Part shown: one piece after another, positions 1 to 11,300 of the stretch | Numbering within the stretch: position 1 is the first letter of the stretch | How the letters are laid out: each line of letters starts with the position of its first letter | DNA from: Lama glama | Lineage: Eukaryota | DNA: 64,000 nucleotides | Assembly: GCA_028534125.1 (NCBI GenBank) | Contig: CM052818.1 | Coordinates: forward strand, 40,116,001 to 40,180,000 | Reading direction: 5' to 3' | Made by a program: the position numbers and the translations under genes | Notes under the pieces: generated by a model | The model's database searches: none | The model's input: the letters and a program-made list of their open reading frames with translations, nothing else | What the model was told of the DNA's origin: nothing

Positions 1-230
1 AACAGAAATCTGAATTGTCAAAGAACTTATTTGTGTTCTAACAGAAGGAGACCAAAAATAGACAAATAAGTAAAATACTAGATGATAAAGAATGCCATGG
101 GGAAAAAAGCAAGGTAAGGCAAGGACATGGGGAGTGGTGAGGCTGAGGCATCTTGGGTAGGTCTTACTAAGAAGGTGAAGTTTACAGAAATATTGAGAGG
201 TAAGTTATGTGATATTTGGCAGAAGTAGAC
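1..230 (-). mobile_element. L2 LINE fragment
   Basis: Degenerate antisense L2-like text (GAACTTATTTGTGTTCTAACAGAAGGAGAC...GGTCTTACTAAGAAGGTGAAGTTT); boundaries approximate. Confidence 0.5.
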
Positions 231-413
231 AAAGAGTGTCTTTTGATGGCTTCAGACATCAGCCTTGGAATGGGAGAGCGATGTCTGTTTTCTTCCTGTT
301 GATACAGACCTTGTATGCTTGCATCAGGAGAAAAAAATGGTGGAATTAAGTATCTTCCTATCTTTTTCCATGTAGTCTTCTTTTCACAAGCCTACTGAAA
401 TTTTTTGGTTTCT

Positions 414-920
414 TTTTTCATTCCTTAATATCATAAATGCCTTACAATTAGTGGAAATTTCTTTCAGATTTTGACATTTTTGTCAATGTCTCTACATCTT
501 TAATATTGTACATGTCTTTGCAGTATTTTGTTAGAAAGTCAGGAAAAAAAAACAGCAACAGGAGTTTCTCACCAAACAGTATATATTAAACCATGAGGCA
601 TCTTATTTAATCCTGAAGACAACTCTGCAAGATTTTCACCATAAAATCCAATTTAATCAGTGAGGAAACTGAGAAGCAGAACTGCTAAATGAATCATCCA
701 AGATTGGTCAAATGATTCCAGAGATTAACTTAGCAAATGCTGGTGTTTACCTGACAGCTAAGTCTATGTTTTCCTCTTTATCCCAAACTGCCTTGGGGAG
801 GGGACTGCTAAGTACATCTCTAATATCCTACTTCTTCAATCTTTTAGTAGCAAAATTTCTATATTACTGAGCGTAGCAATGTGACCAGCTACAGGACATT
901 TCCTAGGTTCTCATGCACCT
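414..920 (-). repeat. Left arm of a ~507 bp inverted duplication (reverse complement of 2723-3230)
   Basis: Hand alignment gives about 12 substitutions and 3 small indels over ~507 bp. For example, the segment from ATGCCTTACAATTAGTGG (437) to GAAAGTCAGG (543) is an exact reverse complement of 3101-3207. Confidence 0.97.
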
Positions 921-951
921 TCCAGCTGCCATCTTGAGATCTCGAGGATGT

Positions 952-1014
952 GTGTTTGGTAAGAAACTCCTGTTGCTGTTTTTGTTGTTGTTTTCTGACT
1001 TTGTAACAAAATAC
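952..1014 (+). repeat. Third, short copy of 3064-3121 (direct; inverted relative to ~520-577)
   Basis: GTGTTTGGTAAGAAACTCCTGTTGCTG...CTGACTTTGTAACAAAATAC versus GTGTTTGGTGAGAAACTCCTGTTGCTG...CTGACTTTCTAACAAAATAC. Confidence 0.92.
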
Positions 1015-2399
1015 AGTACTAGGAAATCACAGTTTAGTGGTGTGCACTCACACCTCATTAGGCTTGGGGTAGAAAAAAAGATTTAAGGTATACTTGAGGA
1101 ATGAATAGAGTCCGTGTCTGATTTAGTTTTATATACTACCCATGACACCTAGAACGGTGTTTTTCAATAATATTTTTTGCAATGGATTGAATTTGAGTAG
1201 AGGGGGAATCCAGGGAAGAACTCTTTAAAATAAAAGTCTATAGGTAGAAACACAAGGAGATATGTCTCCTCCTTTCTCTTCACTTTCCGCTTCCCTCTTC
1301 ACTTTCCAGCCTAAGGTCCCAAGTGTTACCTGATGTTCATCACTCAGGTGCTCTGAGCTTTGGGCCTTAGTGGAACATACTGTTGATTCCTTGGGCTAAA
1401 AACAGGTCTGTTTTCCACCTGCATCTATGCAGAGATCTGGTACGCATCTAACATTGATTTGAGGCGTACAGATGACAGGACTGGCAAATATAAGAGTGGT
1501 TACTTTTGGGCAAGCTGAGCTGAACTATACTCTTTTGCTGAGAATGCCTGTTATCCAGAGGTTGAATGGAGCTCTGGTTTTGAAGTCTTTAAGAAGACTC
1601 TCCACTCCCAGCATGTGATGCCATGTCAGCCTCTGCTTTATCTCACTGAGGTCATGTCAGCTGGGTTAAATTTACTGTGGCATTCAGATGGAGCTGTCGA
1701 CCACATGGCAGAGGCATTACTAGTAGTTACCTATTGATTTGGAAACAAATAGCTGAAACGACCTTACTGAGTTAGTTTGCTTTGTGTGAACATAGGCCCA
1801 TAATCATCAATGTTTTATGATTCTTAAAAAAGCAAAAATGAAAAAAAAAGATATATTATCTTAGAATTGATCTGCTTCTAAAATATTTCAGCAGTATGAA
1901 AATTGCTGACACATTTCCATCATAGAGGTATTCCTTTTCCTAGAACAGGAGTTGGGCGAGTGGAAAAATAAAGACTATCGAGGCTGCAGAAAAGCTGAGG
2001 TTAACACAGAAGAGTATGGGTTACCATCACCTCTAGCCAAGGGATCTTGGTCATATCCAAGCAAAGTTTCTTCACTGCACTTACCAGTCAGGACTCAGTA
2101 GTTCTCATGTGGGGCCCTCTTTACATATGGAAACTTATCATTTGGAAATCTGTTTCTGTAAAATATTACTACTCCACTTATTCAACATGGTTTTCTAAAA
2201 ACATGTCCCATGTGCCAAGCACTGCATTCCACATAAATTTTCTTTGCTTTTAAATCAAAGAGCTCTTAATAATTATTACATAAATGCAGCCTGGTAAAAT
2301 AAGTCTGTCACTTCCCATCATAACATATTCTACAATGGAGAACACTGCATGAACTAAAAATTGCATCTAACCATTGATAAAAACGATGTGAAATAAAAG

Positions 2400-2840
2400 T
2401 GTCTTAAGCCAGTTGGGAGATTGCTTTTCTCTTGAGTAAAAGAAATCAGGAGAGAGACAGTCCAGAGAGAGTGTGATGGATGTATGCTATCATCAATGGT
2501 TTAGGTCCGTTTTGTCTTTCTGCTCCACTGTCCTTAACACAGGGCATCCATCCTCAAGATCACATGATGGTAGCTGGAAGTCTTGCTGTTACATCCATGT
2601 TTCAGGAAGAAAAAAGAAAGAAGGGGGGGGGTGAACAAAACAGTACACCTCACAGCTGAGTTACACCCCTTAAAGAGCTTTTCTGCAAGACCTACCCAGC
2701 AACTTCTGACTGACTACCCTCTAGGTGCATGAAAACCTAGGAAATGTCCTGTAGCTGGTCACATTGCTACAATCAATAATATAGAAATTTTGCTACTAAG
2801 AAAGATTGAAGAAGTAAGATATTAGAGATGTACTTAGCAG
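2400..2840. mobile_element. Ancient ERVL/MaLR-class solo LTR remnant (LTR33-like)
   Basis: CATGATGGTAGCTGGAAGTCTTGCTGTTACATCCATGTTTCAGGAAG and GCTGGTCACATTGCT resemble recalled LTR33-type consensus blocks. Confidence 0.55.
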
Positions 2841-3230
2841 TCCCTTCCCCAAGGCAGTTTGGGATAAAGAGGAAAACATAGACTTAGCTGTCAGATAAAC
2901 ACCAGCATTTGCTAAGTTAATCTCTGGAATCATTTGACCAATCTTGGATGATTAATTTAGCAGTTCTGCTTCTCAGTTTCCTCACTGATTAAATTGGATT
3001 TTATGGTGAAAATCTTGCAGAGTTGTCTTCAGGATTAAATAAGATGCCTCATATTAATATATAGTGTTTGGTGAGAAACTCCTGTTGCTGTTTTTTTTTT
3101 CCTGACTTTCTAACAAAATACTGCAAAGACATGTACAATATTAAAGATGTAGAGACATTGACAAAAATGTCAAAATCTGAAAGAAATTTCCACTAATTGT
3201 AAGGCATGTATGCTATTAAGGAATGGAAAA
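2723..3230 (+). repeat. Right arm of the inverted duplication (probable donor copy; contains an LTR end and a MIR fragment)
   Basis: AGGTGCATGAAAACCTAGG at 2723 through TATTAAGGAATGGAAAA at 3230 matches the reverse complement of 414-920. Confidence 0.97.
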
Positions 3231-3823
3231 GTCATACAGGTTTGTTGCATGAGCTCTCATGGTTGTAGGACTGACCCTCCTCTGAGAAAAGGGCACTTTG
3301 AGTTGCATTTCACTGAAGCGTGCATGAACCTTCTGGAAGTTGAGGGGCAGGGGAGAGTATCTGAAATACCTTCAAGGAGAAGTTCTCTCTCCATAGCAAG
3401 GTGATGCTTGTAAGTCCTCATTAGGCATATGTAAGGATCTTGCACTAACATGAACTTGTCAGGGAATCGGACTGTGATGGACCAAAATTGGCCCCAAATC
3501 AAAGCCTACATGTTTACATCCACTCATTTATATTTTTATTTTCTACTTATTACTATCACATGCATTTTATTGTTTAGCTCTCAGTAGGAATCTGGAGACC
3601 GGGGTTCTAGACCAACTTCAGCTACTGAGTAGCTGCATGGCCTTGGGTTTAAAGTCCCCTCAAACTGTAAAATTCAAAAACTCTACCATGTATATACCTA
3701 TTATTTCTTATGGTTAAAAGAAATCAGACAACTTGGACATGTTTAGTCTGCAGAAATGAAGACTAGAAGAAGCATTGCAGCTTTTTCATTTCATGTCAAG
3801 CCCTCAGATCAAGAGATTAGTTG

Positions 3824-3949
3824 GTGAAGACAGAGGTTGGAGTAATAGTTTTAAATTCATAAGTAAGGTAACGGCTGAATGTGAGAAAATGACTTAAAAG
3901 GTTAAGAGCAATGATAACTATGGAAAAATGCTTATATATTCAAGTCCAT
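3824..3949 (+). repeat. Copy A of a ~127 bp dispersed direct repeat, partly L3/CR1-like
   Basis: Aligns to 4866-4992 at about 80% by hand. Upstream TTTAGTCTGCAGAAATGAAGACT is CR1/L3-like. Confidence 0.85.
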
Positions 3950-4529
3950 ATAAAAGCAAAGACAAAGGATAACATTCTCTTTATGGAAGTGAATTGTGAC
4001 AGCAGTGTAGGGTTGTTATTATCATTATTAGTATTGTTAATATCCCAGTCTAAGCTTATTACCTACCATTTATGTTATATTTATTATGGCCTAGACCCTG
4101 GGCTCTATGATTCATATACTTTAAGTCTCCACAACAAATGTAAAAGTTATATATTATTATCACTTTTACATGAGAAAACTGAGAAAATCTGCCTCAGGGT
4201 ACTAAGAAGAGATGAATTTCAAATCCAAAATTTTGGACACCGAAATCTACTACTATGCCACATTGGCTTTCAAATAAGAACATAGAGGAATAACAGCCAG
4301 TTAATGTATTCATCAGAGATGTTCTCAGACTGCTAAAACATCCAGGCATTTAGGCCCCTAAGGTGACCTCACGAAATGCTGAGCTTTGGGCTCCCTGCAT
4401 ATGTTTGGAAACAACTACCACGGCTCCTTGGTTGGGCTCCAACAGCCATTTATTGTTTGTATGCCCCACTCTCCTCTAATCTCTACTGCCTCCTACAAAA
4501 GAGTGTAAAACACAAAGAAGAGCTACATC

Positions 4530-4673
4530 AGATCCTATGTCTAGCAAACTCTAAGAGGGTGGGGACTTTATTTTATTCCTGGCTGAATTTCCCATGCCTG
4601 GAACCGTGCTGGGCTCATATCAGGCATTCAAAAGTAACAGCACTACATGAATGAATAAATCAATGAATAAATG
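4530..4673 (+). mobile_element. L2 3' end
   Basis: ATGCCTGGAACCGTGCTGGGCTCATATCAGGCATTCAAAA followed by the ATGAATGAATAAAT tail typical of L2. Confidence 0.65.
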
Positions 4674-4865
4674 ACTCTAAACTAACAATGGTTCTTCTGG
4701 TTAGTACACCTTAGCAGTCACATAGGTTCCTTCTTTGCTTTTATGTTAACACATTATTTTTCAGATGCTAGATGAAGAAATAAATGCATCTCTCCCTAAC
4801 ATAACAACTTTTACACTTTCTATATATGCTTTACAAATGGCAGAGCCAGGGTTTCTTACAGCAAA

Positions 4866-4992
4866 GTGAAAGCAGCGGTAGGAGTAAAAGCTTTACATTC
4901 GTAAGAAAGGTAATGACTGAGTGTAAGAAAATGGCTTAAAAGGTTTCTAGGAGCAATGACAATTATGGAAATGCTTATATGGTCAATTCCAT
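4866..4992 (+). repeat. Copy B of the ~127 bp direct repeat
   Basis: GTGAAAGCAGCGGTAGGAGTAAAAGC...ATGCTTATATGGTCAATTCCAT versus GTGAAGACAGAGGTTGGAGTAATAGT...ATGCTTATATATTCAAGTCCAT. Confidence 0.85.
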
Positions 4993-5311
4993 GATACATT
5001 AAATAGCAGTAACAACACTCTCAATATATATGGGAATCACAGGGCCTGCTCTTTCTTCTGGAAGAGAGAGGAGAAGGTATAGCATAGGACTTAAGAGCAC
5101 GGAATCTGAAGCTGCTGGGTTCCAGGACACTCTGAGCTGGCCATATGATCACTGCTTTCTTTGTTAATGGATGCATTACTGCCTTGATCTGTTTCTCTCA
5201 ACTGTATTCAGTTTACTTTCAGAAGGCATCAGCTGAATCTTCAAGCACACCTCAGTTAAATTCATAATTCATTATTTGATGGATGAATTTCTTTATATTT
5301 AGCATGCAAAT

Positions 5312-6582
5312 GAAACCATAAGGGGGAAACTTGACATTGTCCTTGACAATGATACACTGAATTTGACATCAAAAGCACAGGCAACAAAACCAAAATAGAT
5401 AAGTGGGACTACATAAAACTATAAAACTTCTGCACAGCAAAGGAAACAATCAACAGAATGAAAAGGCTTCCCATGGAATGAGAAAACATATTTGCAAACA
5501 AATGATCTAATAAGGAGTTAATATCTAAAATATGTAAGACTATCTTACAAATCAATAGCAGAACAACAACAACAAAAAAACTAAAATTAGGCAAAGGACT
5601 TGAATAGAAATTGCTCCAAAGAAAACATACCAATAGCCAAAGGTATATGAAAAGGTTCTCAATGTCACTAACCATCAGGGATGTTCAAATCAAAACACAA
5701 AACATCACCTCACACTGGTTACGATGACTACTATTATAAGACAAAAGGTAAGTATCAGTGTGGATTAAAAAAAATAGAATCTTAATACACTGTTGGTGGG
5801 AATGTTGAAAGGTGCAGCTACTATGGAAAACAATATAGATGTTCTTCAAAATTGAAAAAATAAAGCAAAACTACCATATGATCCAGTAATCCTACTTCTG
5901 GATTTATACCCAAAAGAAATGAAATCAAGCTCTCCAAGAGATTTCTGCACTTTCTTTCATTGCAGCATTATTCACAAGAGCCAAGATATGGAAACAACCC
6001 AAATATCCACTGACAGATACATGGATAAAGAAAATGTGTTATATACATATAATGGAAAGAAAAGATTTAAAAAAGAAAGTCCTGCCATTTGTGACAACAT
6101 GAATTAAGAAATTATGCTAAGTAAAATAAGCCAGTCACAAAAGGACAAATACAGCGTGATTCCACTTATATGAGATATCTAAAACAGTCAAACTCATAGA
6201 AGCAGAGAATAGCGTTTGCCAGGGGCTGGATAGAAGGGGAAATGGGGAATTGTTTTTCAATGTGTATAAATTTCTGTTATGCAAAATGAGTAAGTTCTAG
6301 AGATCTGCAGTACAACACAGTGCCTATAGTTAATAATATGACATTGTGCACTTTAAAATATGTTAAAAGGATAGATCTCATGTTAAGTGTCTTACCAAAA
6401 CAACAGAAACAACAATAACAATACAAAAGAACACAAATAAAGTTTTAGAGGTGATAGATATGTTTAGTACCTTGGCTGTGGTGATAGTATCACAGGTGTA
6501 TGCATATGTCCAAATTCATCAAGATGCATACATTAAATGTGTGCAATTTCTTGCATGTTACTTATATCTCAATAAAACTAAA
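5312..6582 (+). mobile_element. 5'-truncated decayed LINE-1 (ORF2 C-terminus plus 3' UTR, L1MA-type)
   Basis: Encodes ORF2 motifs KWDYIKL, FCTAKETINR and LPYDP with stops and frameshifts. The 3' UTR ends TATATCTCAATAAAACT. Confidence 0.93.
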
Positions 6583-7732
6583 ATTGGAGACAATATCACC
6601 AACCTCATATGATTAAAGGATTAGACTAAACATCATATATTAACATGTCTGGGATACAGCAGGTATTTAATAGCATTAAAAATTTAGAACTCTTCCTTTA
6701 GGCATTTACCACATATGTTTAACAACATATGTATAATTGGTCTCTTGACTCACTTGTCTAAACATTGTCTCTCATTTTCTTGTTAAACTAGATGAGAATT
6801 TTAGCTCTCTTACTCCACCCTTCCCATCCTCACTCCCTTGTTAAACCAAAACCTTTGGGTTGTACTTAGTGACTTAATTATTGTCTTTTAAGTGCCTGGC
6901 TGACATGTTGTCCATGAAATCTTGCAGGGCTTATACATAGATGGTCTTGTTCGGATAGTTAACTGTGTTGTGTTTCTTTGAACAGATTTGACTTCATGTT
7001 GTTCCTAGTCTCAAGGGTACAAATGACATTGTAGTTTGTACAAATAAATGGAATAAAAAAATAAAAGTAGCATGAAGGTACTTATTAATAAATATACACT
7101 GAGGTTTTTAGAATTTTTTTCACTGTTATATTCCAGGTGGACAACTAAAGTCATTCTTGATCTAATGACTCTGCAAATGACTGAAGTAACATTGCTGGAT
7201 CTTAAGGCAGTTTTATTTTTAATTTTGTGAGAAACCCCATACTGTTTGCCAGAGTGGCTGTACCAGTTTACATTCCCATAAATAGTGCACAAGGGTTCCT
7301 TTTTCTCTACATCCTCACTAACACTTGGTATTTGTTGCCTTTTTGATAATAGCCATTCTGATGGTTTGAGGTGATATTTCATTGTGATATTAATTTGAAT
7401 TTTCCTGATGATTAGTGATGTTGAGCATCTTTCCATGTGCCTGTTGGCAACTTGCATGTCTTCCTTGGAAAAATGTCTATTCAAGTCCTCTACACATTTT
7501 TAGATTGCAATGTTTGTTTTTTGGGTTTTTTTTTTTTGGTGTTGAGTTGTATGAGTTCTTTGTATATTTAAGATATTAACCCCTTATCAGATATATTATT
7601 TGTGAATATATTGTCCTATTCAGTGAGCTAACTTTTTTGTTGATTGTTTCCCTTGATAGACAAAACCATTATAGTTTGATGTATTCCCATTTATTTACTT
7701 TTGCTCTTGTTTCCCTTGCCTGAGGAGACATA

Positions 7733-7736
<4 letters not shown>

Positions 7737-7769
<33 letters not shown>
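7737..7769. repeat. (GT)n microsatellite inside L1
   Basis: Directly visible run. Confidence 0.97.
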
Positions 7770-7772
<3 letters not shown>

Positions 7773-9122
7773 ATACATGTCAAAGAGTGTACTGCCCATG
7801 TTTTATTTTAAGAGTTTTATGTTTCAGGTTTACATTTAAGTCTTTAATCCATTTGAGTCTATTTTTGTATATGTTGTGAAAAGTAGCCCAGTTTGAATTT
7901 TTTGCATGTAGCTGTCCAGTTTTCCCAACATCACCTATTGAACAGGCTGTCTTTTTCTCCTTTTATATTCTTGCCTTCTTTGCCACAGATTAATTGCCCA
8001 TATAGGTACGAGTTCATTTCTGGCTCTCTACTCTTTTCCATTGATCTATGTGTCTGTTTTTGTGTCAGTACCACATTGTTTTGATTACTGTAGCTTTGTA
8101 GCACAATTTGAAGTCAGAGAGTATAATATCTCAAGATTATTTTGGCTAATCAAGGTCTTTGGCGTTTCCATTCAAATTTTAGAATTATTTGTTCTAGTTC
8201 TGTGAAAAATGCCATTGGCATTTTGCTAGGAATTGCAATTGTCTTGGCAAGTATGCTCAATTAAAGTGTGTTAAAATTAACTTTAAAAATATTAATTCTT
8301 CCAATCCATTAGTATGGTATATATTTTCATTTGTTTGTGTTGTCTTCAATTTATTTCATCATTGTCTATAGTTTCATCAGCACAGGTTTTACCTCTTTAG
8401 TTAGATTTACTCCTAGGTATTTTATTCATTTTGATGCAATTTTAAATGAGATTTTTTTCCTTAAACTTTTGTCTTGGATAGTTTGTTGTTAGTGTATAGA
8501 AACAAAATAGATTTCTGTAAGTTAATTGTGTATCTTGCAACTTTACTGAAGTAACTGATGAGTTCTAATAGTTTCTTGTGGTGTTTTTAGGATTTCCTAT
8601 ATATTGTATCAAATCATCTGCAAACAGATGACAGTTTTACTTCTTTTCCAATTTGGATTTCTTTTTCTTGTCTGATTGCTGTGGCTAGTACTGCCAATAC
8701 TATATTGAATAAACTGTAAGAATAGGCATTCTTGACTTGTTTCTGATCTTAGAGGAAATACTTCCAGTTTTTTTACTATTGAGTAGGGTTTTATCTGTGG
8801 ACTTTTCAGATATTACATTGTTATGTTGAGGTATGTTCCCTCTAAATGAACTTTGTTAAGAATCGTTGTCATAAATGGATGTTGAATTTTGTTGAAAGCT
8901 TTTTCAGCATTTGTTGAGATGCTCATATGATTTTTATTCTTCATTTTGTTAATGTGGTATATCATATTGATTGATTTTGGATATTGAACCATCCTTGCAT
9001 CCCTGAGATAAATTCCACTTGATCATGGTGTATAACCCTTTTAGTGTAATATTGAATTTGGTTTGCTAATATTCTGTTGAGGATTTTTACATCTACATTC
9101 ATTCAGTGATACTGGCTTGTTA

Positions 9123-9165
9123 TTTTCTTTTTCTTTTTTCTTTTTCTTTTTTTCTTTCTTTCTTT

Positions 9166-9197
<32 letters not shown>
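9123..9197. repeat. T-rich/(TTTC)n tract plus (GT)n microsatellite inside L1
   Basis: Directly visible run. Confidence 0.95.
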
Positions 9198-9910
9198 GTC
9201 TCTGTCTGGTTTTGATATCAAGATGAAGCTGGCCTCATAGAATGAGTTCAGAAGTTTTCCTTCTTCAATTTTTGGGAATATTTTAGAAGGATAGGTGTTA
9301 ACTCTTCTTTAAATGTTTGGTTAAATTCACCTATGAGGCCATCTGCTCCTGAACTTTGTTTGTTGGGAGTGAATTGGTCCATTTCTTCTAGGTTGCTAGT
9401 TTTATTGGCATATAATTGTTTGTAGTAATCTCTTATGATCCTCTGTATTTCTGTGGTATCAGTCTCCTTCATTTTTCATTTTATTGATTTGGGCCCTCTC
9501 CTTTTTTTTTTTTATGATACAACTGGCAAAAGGCTTATCAATTTTGTTTATCTTTTCAAAGAATCAGCTTTTAGGTTCATTGATTTTTCTCTCTCTCTCT
9601 CTTTTTAAGTTTCTATTTCATTCATTCTGTTCTGATTATTTCCTTCTACTTACTTTGTATTTTGTTTGTTCTTCTTATTCTAGTTCCTTTAGGTATAAGA
9701 ATGGCTGTTTGAGATTTTTCTTGTTTCCTGAGGTAGGCTTGTATGGCTATACATGCCCCTATTAGAACTGCTTTTGCTGTTTCCTATAGATTTCGGATCA
9801 TTGTGCTTTTGTTTTCATTTGTCTTCAGGCATTTTTCAATTTACTCTTTGATTTCTTCAATGACCCATTGGTTATGTAGTAGCATATTGTTTAGCCTCCA
9901 TGTGTTAATG

Positions 9911-9967
9911 TTTTTTCCAATTTTTCCAATTTTTTCCAATTTTTCCAATTTTTTCCAATTTTTGCAA
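9911..9967 (+). repeat. 19-bp tandem unit (TTTTTTCCAATTTTTCCAA) x3 at the L1 inversion junction
   Basis: T6CCAA and T5CCAA alternate strictly; the last half-unit reads T5GCAA. Confidence 0.95.
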
Positions 9968-10981
9968 TTCTACTTCTGCATTTATCTGAACAAAATGAAA
10001 GCACTAATTTGAAAAGTTCATTGCAGCATTATTTACAATAGCCAAGATATAAAAGCAACTCAAGTGTCCATTGATAGAAGAATGGATAAAGAAGATATGG
10101 TATGTAAATACAATGGAATATTACTTATCCATTAAAAAAGAATAAAATCTTGCCATTTGCAAACATGTAACAACATGGACCTAGAGGTATTATGCTAAAT
10201 GAAATAAGTCAGACAGAGAAAGACAAATACCATATGATTTCACTTATATGTGGAATCTAAAAAACAAAACAAATGAACAAACATAACAAAACAGACACAG
10301 AGTCATAGATACAGAGAACAGATGGTTTCTGAAAGGGAGAGAGTGTGGGAAGGAGACAAACAAGTGAGAGAGTTTAAAAGGTAGAAAGTTTTAGTTACAA
10401 AATAAGTGAGTCCTGTTATGAAATGCATAGAATGGGGAATATAATAATAATAATGTAAATACCTTTGTACTATGACAGATGGTAACTAGACTTATTGTGG
10501 TGATCATTTTGTAACAGAAATATTGAGTCACTATCTTATGCACAAGGAACCAACATAATGTTAAAGGTCAATTATAGTTCAAAAACAAACAAACAAACAA
10601 ACAAATAAACTCATAGAAAAATAGATCATATTTGAGGTTACCAGAGGCAGGGGGTGGGAGGAGGGTTGAAGGTAGTCAAAAGGTACAAACTTTCAGTTAT
10701 AAGATAAATAAATACTAGAGATGTAATGTACAGCTTGATAAATATAATTAACACTTCTGCAGGTTATATATGAGTTAAGAGAGTAAAACCTAAGAGTTCC
10801 CATCATGAAAAAGTTTTATTTTTCTTTTTTTTTTATCTCTATGAGATGATGGATGTTCACTAAACTTATTGTGATAATCATTTCAGGATATATGTAAGTC
10901 AAATAATTATACATACACTTTAATCTTATACAGTGCTAGGTGTCAATTATATCTCAATAAACCTGAAAAGAAAAAAAAAAA
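9964..10981 (+). mobile_element. Sense 3' segment of the same LINE-1 (ORF2 end, bipartite 3' UTR, poly-A)
   Basis: Starts GCAATTCTACTTC, continues TTCATTGCAGCATTATTTACAATAGCCAAG (FIAALFTIAK), and ends TATATCTCAATAAACCTGAAAAG plus an A-run. Confidence 0.94.
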
Positions 10982-11099
10982 CATATTTCCCTACCATAAC
11001 ATCAAAAATATACTGTATAATAAGATGATTTTTTAAAATCTTCTATTATATCAACTAACTTGGTAACAAAAGCTCTAAAGCATCCACACATATTTGAGT

Positions 11100-11300
11100 G
11101 CACATTATTTGACAGATGCTTTCACTCCTATTTTGCATTCAATACTTAGAAGAGTTCTTTAAATTTGGTATTATCTCCGTTTCAGAGAAGAAGAACTGAA
11201 GGCGAAGAGATGGTAACTAATTTCCTAAGGGCACAGTAAATCTCAGACCTAGGATTTTGGTGGACTTCTGTTTCCTGGACCAGTGCTTTATCCACTCCAT
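11100..11300 (-). mobile_element. MIR SINE
   Basis: TATTATCTCCGTTTCAGAGAAGAAGAACTGAAGGC...TTTCCTAAGGGCACAG matches the antisense MIR core. Confidence 0.7.

Larger units (their letters stand above)
7183..9910 (-). mobile_element. Inverted 5' segment of a LINE-1 (decayed ORF2 from the end of the endonuclease domain, through RT, to the C-terminus)
   Basis: Minus-strand translations include [28 protein letters not shown] (9248-9472) and [26 protein letters not shown] (start of ORF 7011-7484), both L1 ORF2p motifs. Confidence 0.95.

Noticed and set aside
414..3230. Inverted arms as terminal inverted repeats of a DNA transposon
   Set aside because: The arms contain MIR and LTR fragments, I found no TSD, and the spacer encodes no transposase.
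7011..7484. 157-aa ORF as a host gene
   Set aside because: Its N-terminal part is L1 ORF2p, frameshifting and reading through into flanking DNA.
9911..9967. Regular short repeats as a CRISPR-like array
   Set aside because: There are no spacers and the context is mammalian; it is a simple tandem repeat.
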